64,000 nucleotides of DNA from Malacoraja senta. Its lineage: Eukaryota. The stretch lies in assembly GCA_038087875.1 (NCBI GenBank), contig CM075988.1, forward strand, positions 21,082,001 through 21,146,000. Direction: 5' to 3'. Shown piece after piece: positions 52,178-62,800 of the stretch. Position 1 is the first letter of the stretch; each line of letters begins with the position of its first letter. The translations under genes and the position numbers were made by a program. The notes under the pieces are model-generated. The model saw only the letters and a list, made by a program, of their open reading frames with translations. It was not told the DNA's origin and searched no databases.

Positions 52178-55100
52178 CAAAGCCCATTGTCTCACATCAA
52201 CTCTACCCCTTTGCCACTGGTCGCAGGGCCCTTTAGATTCTGCCTGGTTGAAGCCCTTTGCCCCGTTACGGATATCTTAATTCGCTTCTAGATTCTGGTA
52301 AAGGAGGGTTCTCTGTGTGGTTTCTTTGCAGCTCTTGCAAAGCGGCCGGGTTTGATTTTTCTTCTTTGGCCGAATGACTCACGGGGATATTTTACTGACG
52401 TCATTTACGAAGTAATTAAAGGAAGGAGTCGCCCCCATTGATTCATCCCCACAGTCGGCTGTGACACACACACACTCTTCCCCGGACACAATGCCGCAGA
52501 GAGCCACTTGATTTAGGAATTCTTGACAGCTTTAATTTCCTGTGATGCGCAGGCCAGCATCAAAGTGCTCTTTAAGCAGCAGATAATTAAATGGGCGTCT
52601 GAGTGCGGTGTACCCAGCAATCAACCGACACGGAAGAAACTTGGGAAGTTTGCGGGTCATTCTAAACATTTTCCACCCGCATCCTGGGCGACCACTATCT
52701 ATATGGACACAAAGTGCTGGAGTAACTCAGCGGGACAGGCAGCATCTCTGGAGAGAAGGAATGGCTGACCTTTCCGGTCGAGACCTTTCCTCAGACTGAG
52801 AGTCAGGGAAGAGGGAGTCTAGCGATATGGAGGGGTAAGGTGTTAAAAAGAAAGATCAAAGTAGATGATACTCCAGCATTTTGTGTCTATCTTTGGTGTG
52901 AACCAGCATTTGCAGTTCCTTCTTACACAACTGCCGTCTACCTCATTGGAGACCCTTGGACTATCTTTGATCGAACTTGACTGGCTTTATCTTGCACTAA
53001 ATGTTATTCAGGATATTCTCTCAAGCAGTTTAGTTTAGTTCATTATCACATGTACCGAGGTACAGTGAAAAGCTTTCATGTATCTGTACACTGTGGATGG
53101 CTCGATTGTAATCATGTGTTGTCTTCCCGCTGACTGGTTGGCACGCAACAAAAGCTTTTCACTGGACCTCGGTACACATGACAATAAACTCAACTCAAAC
53201 TCATTTTGTAATCGGCTTCCAAATGTCAAGATATTTTTATTGTGGTATGTACCGTTAACTGAATAATGTGTATACCGAGGTACAGTGAAAAGCTTTTGTT
53301 GCGTGCCAACCAGTCAGCGGAAAGACAACACATGATTACCATCGAGCCATTTACAGTATCGATACAAGATATGGGGAAGGTAGACAAAAATGCTGGAGAA
53401 ACTCAGCGGGTGAGGCAGCATCTATGGAGCGAAGGAATAGGTGACGTTTCGGGTCGAGACCCTTCTTCAGACAAGATATGGGAATAACATTCAGTGCAAG
53501 ATAAAGCCAGTAAAGCCCGACAAAAGATAGTCCGAGGGTCTCCATTGAGGTAGATAGTAGTTCATTGACTCATTGTGTAGGAAGGAACTGCAGATGCTGG
53601 TTTAAACCAAAGATAGACACAAAATGCTGGAGTAACTCAAGGGTCTCGACCTGAAACGTCACCCATTCCTTCATTGAATCATTGACTGTTTGGTCATGGA
53701 GGTGAGTGAGAGAGGGTGGACACAAAATGCTGGAGCAACTCAGCGGGTGAGGCAGCATCTCAGGAGAGAAGGAATGGGCGACGTTTCGGGTCGAGACCCT
53801 TCTTCAAGAGAGGTTGTGCTGGGGGTTACACCAGCATTGAACAGACATCTGTTTGCAGGGATGGACACAGTGTTGGAGTAACTCAGCAGGATGAGGCAGC
53901 ATCTTAGGAGAACATGAAGAGGTGACGTGATGGGTCGGGAGCCTTAAACCTAACATTCCAGCTTCTCAACTCCCAACGTCCCAACTTCATCATCTAAACA
54001 GGGTCGCAGTTTAAGGATAAGGGGAAGGCCATTTAGGACTGTGATGAGAAAACCCTTTTTCACCCTGAGAGTTGTGAATCTGTGGAATTCTATGCCACAG
54101 AAGGCAGTGCAGATCGATTCACTGGATGTATTCAAGATGGAGTTAGTTATAGCTCTTGGGGCTAACAGAATCAAGGGATATGGGGAGAAAGCAGGAACGG
54201 GGTACTAATTCTGGATGATTAGCCATGATCATATTGAATGGCGGTGCTGACTCGAAGGGCCGAATGGCCTACTCCTGCACCTGTCTATTGTCTATTGTCT
54301 AAAAGCCTTCTTCATCACCCCATCTACCAGCGACACAACTCCCAGGGAACCATGTACTTGTACTTCTAGATCCCTCTGCTCTTTCTATTCCATATTTATT
54401 CATTTATTTATTTCATATTTAATTAACGGTACACTCATGCTGAACATGAATGCTCTCTTTCAATAAAGAATGCTGCCTTGCAAACATTGTAGGGAACACT
54501 TCTTCACCTCAGTGCTTGTTCCAGTTATACTATTGTGGAAAACTAAATAAAATGGGCATGAAAAATATGAAAGGATTCACATTACAGTATCAAAACCACT
54601 GCCTTAAATCTCAAGAGGAGTATGCAGTGGTGTTTATTGACCCACTGAGTTACTTCAGCAGTTTGTGTCTTTTTTTTAAAAATTGCAATGTGGCATCTGC
54701 AGTTCTTAGTCATAGAATGATACAGCGTGGAAACAGGCCCTTCGGCCCAACTTGCCCACATCGGCCAACGTGTCCCAGCTTACACGTTAGATAGACCTCT
54801 TAAAGATAGAGGAGTCAAGGGAAATGGGGAGAAGGCTGGAACAGGGTACTGATTGTGGATGATCAGCCATGATCACATTGAATGATGGTGCTGGCTCGAA
54901 GGGCCAAATGGCCTACTCCTGCACCTATTGTCTATTGTCTATTGTCACTAGTCCCACCTGCCCATGTTTGGTCCATATCCCTCCAAACTTGTCCTATCCA
55001 TGTACCTGTATAACTGTTTCGTAAATGTTGGGATAGTCCCAGCCTCAACTACCTCCACTGGCAGCTTGTTCCATACACCCACCACCCTTTGTGTGAAAAA

Positions 55101-55282
55101 GTTATCGCTCAGATTCCTATTAAATCTTTTCCCCTTCACCTTAAACCTATGTGCTTGTTCCTTGTTACTACATCTGTCTGCAGGCAACAGATTCACTCAG
55201 CTGAAGTATTTCTATTACTAAGAGAGATTTTGCTTGAAGTACAAATGCTGATGGCCTCATTTTTATTTTCTTATTTTTGCAG

Positions 55283-55420
55283 CTCGTTTCACGATGTTGC
55301 CGAACAAATACTTGCAAATCCACCACATTAAGAAGACAGATGAAGGCACTTACCGATGTGAGGGAAGAATCGCCGCCCGTGGAGAAATCAAATTCAAGGA
55401 TATTCGGGTCATTGTTAATG
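55283..55420 (+). CDS. NCAM1: NCAM1-like coding exon (exon 5 equivalent; second half of Ig2), 138 nt; this frame is not shown in the ORF track
   Basis: tttttgcag| acceptor and G|gtaagc donor. Hand translation [46 protein letters not shown] matches NCAM1 [45 protein letters not shown]. Confidence 0.95.
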
Positions 55421-55480
55421 GTAAGCCCTCGTTACTGCTGTCCCTGCTGGCCTTTGGTTAATCAGACACGCGACAATAGG

Positions 55481-55795
55481 GGTGGCACGGTGGCGCAGCG
55501 GCAGAGATGCTGCCTTACAGCGCTACCAGCGCCAGAGACCCAGGTTCGATCCCGACTATGGGTGCTGTCTGTATGTTCCCCCTGTGAACTGCGTGGGTTT
55601 TCTCCGAGATCTTCGGTTTCCTCCCACACTCCAAAGGCGTACAGGTTTGTAGGTTAATTGGCTTTCTATATATTTTTTTTAATGTAAATTGTCCCTAGTG
55701 TGTGTCGGCATGCGTCAGTGTGCGGTGATCGCTGGTCGGCGCGGACTCGGTGGGCCGAAGGGCCTGTTTCCACACTGTATCTCTAAACTAAACTA
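55481..55795 (+). mobile_element. HE1-type V-SINE 60 nt downstream of the exon-5 donor
   Basis: Full head-to-tail architecture. Confidence 0.82.
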
Positions 55796-56719
55796 CAATA
55801 GCTTTTCACTGTACCTTAGTACACGTTACAATAAACTAAACTAAAACTAGAAACACCTTCCATTTGCAGAGAGTCCAGATTACTGGGGCATTCCACATTC
55901 ACCTTTCACCATAGAGTCATCGAGTCATAAAGTGTGGAAACAGGCCCATCTACAGAAGGTAAGACACCAAATGCTGGAGGAGCTCAGAGGGTCAGGCAGC
56001 ATCTCTGGAGGAAAAGGTGATGTTTCGGCTTGGAACCCTTCTTCAGACTCACTGCGGAAAAGATTCCAACCTGAAACATCACCCACCCATGTTCTCCAGG
56101 GATGCTGCCTCACCCGTTGCTTTATTCCTGCACTTTGTGTCTGTCCGCATGTGTAGTTCCTTCCTACATACTTTGTATGCCCCATATACACTAGTCTCAC
56201 CTATCTGTGTTTGGCCTGTATCCTTGCAAACCTATCCTATCCATGTACCTACCTTAAACGCTGCAATTGTCCCTGCCTCAACTATCTCCTCCGGCAGCTC
56301 GTTCCATACACCCACCACCCTTTGTGTAGAAAATGTTACCTCTCAGGTTCCTATTAAATCTTTCCTCCCCCCCCCCTCATCTTTAACCAGTGCCATCTGG
56401 TTTTCAATTCCCCTACCCTGGGCAAGAGGCTCTGTGCCTTTACCCGATCTATTCCTCTCACGGTTTTGTATTTAAAAATATTTGCCCCTCAGGTTCCTAT
56501 TAAATCTTTACCCTCCTCACCGCACCTTTTCCCTTCCACAAGGTTCCCTCTCTTGAATCATCTCACAATCAATATGGCAATTTGTATGTAGGTGCAATGA
56601 TACAAGTGTGGGAACTGCAGAAGGGCCATTGTTGGATGTGTTCAGCTCACTGTCACGCGCCATTTGCAATGTAGCGGTTTATGAGTGCGTAGCGATTGTA
56701 ATATGAGTTTGTTGGCGGT

Positions 56720-58135
56720 CTTGGAGGGGAGGGATGCTCCTCAAACTGCGGAGCACCTTGGACAATACAGCGCGCCCCCTCCATGACACACTGGTCAACC
56801 TGAGAAGCACCTTCAGCAGCAGACTGGTTCCCCCAAGATGCAGCACAGAACGCCACAGGAGATCCTTAATCCCTGTGGCTATCAAACTGTACAACTCCTC
56901 CATCTGTAGACTGACTCCCCTCCCCCCCTCCCCCCCTGCCCACACCCCCCCTCCACCCAATCCCCAAATCTCTGGACACCCCCCCCCCAATCCTTTCCAC
57001 TCGTCACTTTATAGGTATGTTACAATACTTACCTTCAGCAGCGCTGCAATTCTGCCACTGGCCGTGTGCGCGACTTTGGCGCCTTTGAGGGGGGGGCTGG
57101 GTTAAAACACGGGTTTCTCCTACCTTGTCCTGTATTATATTTCGTTGGAGTACAAGCTTTTCCTGAAAAATCGTTCCTATGGGCGTTTTGTGTATTTTTT
57201 ATTTTTATTAAATCGACAATGTCAGCGCTGGAGTTATTTTAAAATCAGCTTTTAAAGCCGTCAACGCCGACAACGGGGACGGATTTCACACACGGGACAG
57301 GTAAACGAGTTTATTTTAATGTATAAAAGTGCTTCTTAAGAAGCCTTTTATTCATATTTTTTAATGCGAAACGGTGATTCTTTTCCCCGAACTAACGGCA
57401 GAATTTTTCATGCCGATACGGGGTTAAATTCACCGCAAATCAACGTTCCAAATGATCGCGTTCCAGAAAAACCCACTCGCAAAATGATTTAAATGGCAAT
57501 TAATTTACAGGTATTAAACATTCAATTCCTTCCATTTGGCCTGTAAATCCATGACAATGAGATTTAAAAATTATGTTATATTGTGAATTCTTGTGTGAAT
57601 GTTATTTGGACACTTAGGCTATTTAAAAATGTTAATCTATTCTTAAGAAATTGATAGATGTTTAGATCTAGTAATTGAATTTTGTAATTAGCTACAATTA
57701 GGTAACTAACTAATGATATGCTTTAATTTCATGTCATCTAAGTAAGATTGTTTCATATTTGTTTCAGTATGCTTCAATCTATAATAACTGAAAATGTCTT
57801 TCAGTTCTCTTAATTTTTAAGAAAGTTATGGGCTTTTGACTGTCCTCGATCACAGCTTTTGTGTTAAGTCAATGGAAAAGCAATAGGGAACAAGATGCTA
57901 ATTTCCGAGTATGGAAATGGCCATAACTTTTTTAATACTGCAGATATGAAAGTGAATTAGGTGTCAAATTAAACTTCTTTTTATGCTTTATCTGATGGGA
58001 TAAATTGCAGACTTGATTTTTAAAATCTCAAAATTTTGTAACATTGCTACACTTTAATTTCATGTTACATGTATCTTGTGTTTTATGACTGTTGGCGGAT
58101 CAATTTCCCTCCTGGGATAAATAAAGTTCTATCAT
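56720..58135 (+). mobile_element. Rex1/Babar-like LINE 3' end (56720-57011 and 58050-58135) split by a DNA transposon
   Basis: MLLKLRSTLDNTARPLHDTLVNLRSTFSSRLVPPRCSTERHRRSLIPVAIKLYNSS. The tail resumes after the insert and ends CAATTTCCCTCCTGGGATAAATAAAGT. Confidence 0.7.
57012..58049. mobile_element. 1038-bp AT-rich non-autonomous DNA transposon with TAG-initiated TIRs and 7-bp TSD
   Basis: Left end TAGGTATGTTACAATACTT; right end reverse-complement TAGCAATGTTACAAAATTT. TSD CACTTTA at 57005-57011 and 58050-58056. Confidence 0.8.
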
Positions 58136-58146
58136 ATTGCTAGCAC

Positions 58147-58282
58147 CAGTCTGAAGAAGGGTCTTGACCCGAAACGTCACCCATTCCTCCTCTCCAGAGA
58201 TGCTGCCTGTCCCGCTGAGTTACTCCAGCTTTTTGTGTGTTATCTTCGGGTTAAACCAGCATCTGCAGTTCCTTCTTACACA
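58147..58282 (+). mobile_element. Solo sense-strand Penelope pLTR with intact hammerhead-like motif (58151-58178)
   Basis: CAGT-CTGAAGA-A-GGGT-CTTG-ACCC-GAAAC-GTC-ACC followed by the standard tail. Confidence 0.75.
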
Positions 58283-58502
58283 GTCCCCTGGGCTGGGCGC
58301 CTTCTTGGAAGTAATAGGTGGTAATGTTCCCATGACCGAGCCGTCAGGTTGGGATGGACAACTGAGGGGAGGTGCAGGAGGATCCTATTGTGAATGCAGC
58401 AGGTGATCCATCACCGCGGGTGTCATGGCGACCTGCCCCAGGTGTGCTTTGGATCCACAATTCTCCAGGTCTTTACGCACGTGCTCTCTATTTGTGTTCT
58501 AG

Positions 58503-58620
58503 TTCCTCCCAGCATCCGCGCCCCGGAAATGGTGGTGAACGCAACGGCTCACACCGGCAGACCCGTCACTTTGACCTGTCAGGCAGACGGATTCCCACAG
58601 CCACAGATAACCTGGCAACG
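58503..58620 (+). CDS. NCAM1: NCAM1-like coding exon (exon 6 equivalent; first half of Ig3), 118 nt, phase 1-2
   Basis: ttctag| acceptor and CG|gtaaga donor. Encodes VPPSIRAPEMVVNATAHTGRPVTLTCQADGFPQPQITWQR, with the conserved NAT sequon. Confidence 0.94.
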
Positions 58621-58642
58621 GTAAGAGAAATACAGAATTATT

Positions 58643-59132
58643 TATATGTATGTACACACACACACATGCACACTTATACACACACATACATACATGTGCA
58701 CACACACATACACATACATACATGCCACACACACGCAGGCATGCATACATATATACACATACATACACACACATATATATATGTATGTGTGTATGTACAT
58801 ATATATGAGCATATATATGTGTGTGTTAGTACATGTATATATATATACATATGCATATATATATACATGTACATACACACACACATGTGTGTATGTGTAT
58901 ATATGTGTGTGTATGTATGTGTGTATATATATATGTGTGAGTCTGTGTATGTGTATACCTTAGTATATGTGTGTGTGTATACCTGTGTATATATGTGTGT
59001 CTGTGTATACCTGTGTATGTATGTATGTGTGTGTACCTGTGTGTGTGTGTGTATATGTGTGTATACCTGTTTATGTATGTGTGTGTACCTGTGTGTGTGT
59101 GTATATATGTGTGTATACCTGTGTATGTGTAT
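58643..59132. repeat. Compound alternating purine-pyrimidine tract (CA/TA-rich, then TG/TA-rich)
   Basis: Directly visible; fills most of the 659-nt intron 58621-59279. Confidence 0.92.
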
Positions 59133-59279
59133 AGACCACGGGGGAGCTCCAACACGGAGACCACGTGGGCTTCAGTGAGCTTAGAGAGCAAGTGCGAGTT
59201 TGCATGACCTATTATGTGAGGCAGGGGATTGTGTGTATTCTTTGTTCTGTAACCCTGGTCCTGCTGATTGTGTTTGCAG

Positions 59280-59443
59280 AGAGGATATCATCATTGAAGC
59301 GGATGCCGACAAGTACTCTCTGACTGAGGATGGGTCTGAACTGATGATTCACAAAGTGGGGAAACAGGACGATGGGGAATATGTCTGCATGGCTCAGAAT
59401 AAGGCCGGAGTGTACGAGCTGGAAATGACTCTACGTGTTTTCG
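59280..59443 (+). CDS. NCAM1: NCAM1-like coding exon (exon 7 equivalent; second half of Ig3), 164 nt, phase 2-1
   Basis: tttgcag| acceptor and G|gtaaga donor. Encodes EDIIIEADADKYSLTEDGSELMIHKVGKQDDGEYVCMAQNKAGVYELEMTLRVF. Confidence 0.94.
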
Positions 59444-60813
59444 GTAAGACCTCTCACTGTGAAATGTGTATTGATTTACGAGTGAAGGCATGGTGTGCTG
59501 CCAACTCCTCCCCTCACTGCCAAAGGCAGGCCTGACTTCAGGGCGTGAGGTTGGGCAGGCTGGGATTTTATTCCTTGGAAAGAAGAAAGATGGTGAATCT
59601 GTGGAATTCATTGCCACAGTGGGCTGTGGAGGCCGAGTCAATGGATATTTTTAAGGCAGAGATAGATCGATTCTTGATTAGTACGGGTGTCAAGGGTTAT
59701 GGGGAGAAGGCAGGAGAATGGGGTTGAGAGGGAAAGATAGACCAGCCATGATTGAATGGCGGAGTAGACTAGATGCGGCAAATGGCCTAATTCTGCTCCT
59801 ATCACTTATGATCTTATGAATGTTGTCCTCCCCTTAACCTGCGTGGGTTTTCTCCAGGATCTCCGGTTTCCTCCCACACTCCAAAGACGTACATGTTTGT
59901 AGGTCAATTGCTTTTGTATAATTATAAATTGTCCCAAGTGTGTGTAGGAAAGTGTAAGGGTGCGGGGATCGCTGGTTAGCACGGACTCGGTGGGCCGAAG
60001 GGCCTGTTTCTGCGCTGTATCTCTAAACTAAATTGAAAGAAAAAAGGAAATAATTTGAATGATGAAACTCAATGTGTAGTGAAACCCCATGTGATGGAAC
60101 ACTCAGTAAAGAAGCAGGTATTTTATATTTTGTTTAGTTTAGTTTAGTGGAAACAGGCCCTTCGTCTCACCGAGTCCATGCTGACCAACGATCACCCCAT
60201 ACACTAGTTCTATCCTCCACTCCAGGGACAATTTACAGAAGCCAATTAACCTGCAAACCCACACAGCTTAGGAATGTGAGAGGAAACCGGAGCACCCGGA
60301 GAAAACCCACGAGGTCCCAGGGAGAACGTGCAAACTCCACACAATCCCACGCTGTCACAGGGAGAACGTGCAAACTCCACACGGACAGCACCCGTAGTCA
60401 GGATCGAAGTCAGGTCTCTGGTGCTGTGAGGCACCAACTCTACTGCTGTGCCACTGATTCCGTTATATATAACCGCATCATGGGATAAACTGAATGATTT
60501 AAATCTTCTGGCAACGAGCTTGACGGAGCCAAGGTGTAAATCACGGGGACCTGTGGGGAGTTCGGTGATGCTGATGCACAACTTCTCACCCATTCATTTT
60601 AATTAATTTACTTCCTCCTGATGGACATGGCGCCGTGTGGCTGTGAGTCAGCTTTAGTGATCGCTCCCTGAAGTCCTGTCATATGAAGGACTGCGTTACG
60701 TCTGAAAATTGATTCCGACATTCATTACCTCCCAGTATGTCAGCAGTCACTGACACCGCAGTTGGAGAGGGTGGGCTGTGAACTGAAACCTTCTTCGGCA
60801 GCAGTTGACTTTG

Positions 60814-61036
60814 TGTGCAGGAAGGAACTGGTTTACACCGAAGGTAGACACAGAATGCAGGAGTAACTCAGCGGGACGGGCAGCATCTCTGGAGAGAAGG
60901 AATGGGCGACGTTTCGGGTCGAGACCTTTGTTCAGACCCTTCAGAAAGAAGGGACTCGACCCGAAACGTCACCCATTCCTTCTATCCAGAGATGCTGCCC
61001 GTCCCGCTGAGTTACTCCAGAGTTTTGTGTCTATAT
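60814..61036. mobile_element. Fold-back Penelope-derived element (similar units at ~17285-17470, 25015-25200, 30605-31010, 32538-32760, 34210-34380, 45430-45730, 51126-51223)
   Basis: Inverted arms share the private variant GGGACGGGCAGC / GCTGCCCGTCCC. Confidence 0.72.
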
Positions 61037-61916
61037 TCATGGCCAGAACCTCTGAAGAAAGGTTCTGAAGAAGACCACTGGGTGGGGGAAGGGGGAATGA
61101 CTGGAAGCTGGAAAAAGAGCACAAAAGGGGGAAAATGGAAACATTTTCTTGCTCCCACCCTGTAAAATCAGTGTGAAGAAGGGTCTCTACCTGAAACGTC
61201 GCCCATTCCTTCTCTCCAGAGATGGTGTCTGAGTTACTCCATCATTTTGTGTCTATCTTCTGTTTAAACCCGCATCTGCTGAGTCCGGGGATATGGGGAG
61301 AAGGCAGGAATGGTGGTGCTGGCTCGAAGAGCCGGGTGGCCCACTCCTGCACCTATTGTCTATTGCAGTTCCTTCCTACACCTGTAGTTCCTTCCTCCGC
61401 ACTCTCAGAATTAAGATCTTCCTTAAACGCCGATGAGGTTTTAATTTCTATTACTAAAATATACATCAGGGAAGCTTTTAACATTGTGCAAACTGCTCTG
61501 CCCCCAGAATAATTGCAATGCCCATAATCACTTCGAATCTGCTGAAAATGATGAGAGTCTAATAGTTTCCCTTTGCAGCTGCACATGATTCAAATTCCCC
61601 CAATTGGATCCGTGTCAGCTATCAAATAGAGTGCTTCTATGTTGCATAGACGAATGCCACTGCAGCCAATTGCTTCACCAGTTTAAGGGCTCTTATGTAC
61701 CAGTTTCTGGAGTCAATGATGACATTGTACAGGGAAATTTAGGTTTGTGCAATTTTGGTTAAAGTCCTGCTTTTGTTGGAAGATTGCACTGCAAGTTATT
61801 CGTGAAGCACTTCAACATATAATTATACTCCAGTCGCATTGTTATCGAACCCTTGTTAATTTGTTCCTGCTGTCAAAATTAACCACCACTTCCTTTCTCT
61901 TTGCGTTTGAATTTAG

Positions 61917-62059
61917 TTAGGCCTGAAATCACCTACGTGGAGAATAAGACAGTGGTGGAGCTGGATGATCACATCACACTCACCTGTGAGGCCAAAGGTG
62001 ACCCCACCCCCACCATCACCTGGATGAAAGGCAGCCACACCTACCGGGATGGTGAACAG
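61917..62059 (+). CDS. NCAM1: NCAM1-like coding exon (exon 8 equivalent; first half of Ig4), 143 nt, phase 1-0
   Basis: atttag| acceptor and CAG|gtagga donor. Encodes VRPEITYVENKTVVELDDHITLTCEAKGDPTPTITWMKGSHTYRDGEQ, compared with NCAM1 AKPKITYVENQTAMELEEQVTLTCEASGDPIPSITW. Confidence 0.94.
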
Positions 62060-62304
62060 GTAGGAGAATTACATGCAGTTAGTTGCACACTCTCCACCAC
62101 GCGGCGATGAGCACAAACTTCACCCATGTGTCTTCTGTCATGCTTGCTTGCCCTCCAGATGAAACTTAACCTAAATCCACCTAACGTCCACAAGGGTGCA
62201 TGATTTAGTTGCCTGTCCCTTCCATTTAGGGTTTAAGCAGAGCCGTTGGTGGTGACGGCATGGGATTGCCAATTCCCGCCACATACACAGGCTCCACTGA
62301 TGTG

Positions 62305-62800
62305 CTGTCGTTGGAGAGGGCCCAGAGGAGGTTCACCAGAATGGTCGCGGGACTGATTGGGATAACGTATGATGAGCGTTTGACGGCACTGGGCCTGTAA
62401 CTCACTGGAGTTTAGAAGGGTGCAGGGGGGACCTCATGAAAACTTACCGAATAGTGAAAGACCTGGATAGAGTGGATGTGGAAAAGATGTTTCCACTAGT
62501 GGGAGAGGCCAGGACCAGAGGCCATAACCTCAGAATAAAAGGACGTTCCTTGAGGAAGGAGATGAGGAGGAATTTCTTTGCTCAGTGGGTGGTGAATCGT
62601 TGCCACGTTGACAGTGCTGGAGGCCAATTCAATGAACATTTTTAAGACAGAGATTGACAGATTCTTGATTATTACGGGTGTCAGGGGTTATGAGGGGAAG
62701 GCAGGAGAATGGGGTTGTGAGGTTGATAGATCAGCCACGACTGAATGGCGATGGGCCGAATGCCCTAATTCTGCTTCTAAAACCTATGAGCTTATGATGT
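62305..62800 (+). mobile_element. Older CR1-clade LINE 3' fragment (third subfamily; also ~190-530 +, 8545-8940 -, 30070-30500 -, 59590-59820 +)
   Basis: LERAQRRFTRM..TYRIVKDLDRVDVEKMFPLVGEARTRGHNLRIKGR; 3' UTR GGAGAATGGGGTTG.GAGG..GATAGATCAGCC. Confidence 0.82.

Noticed and set aside
51617..52291. Repetitive Pro/His/Gln-rich ORFs; array superficially CRISPR-like
   Set aside because: A tandem minisatellite open in several frames, with no unique spacers, no cas genes and a vertebrate intron context.
58372..59207. 268-aa and other ORFs across the exon 6-7 intron
   Set aside because: Artefacts of the CA/TG low-complexity tract; true coding is limited to the spliced exons.
37354..62059. Assignment to NCAM2
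   Set aside because: Diagnostic segments ([45 protein letters not shown]..EL) follow NCAM1.
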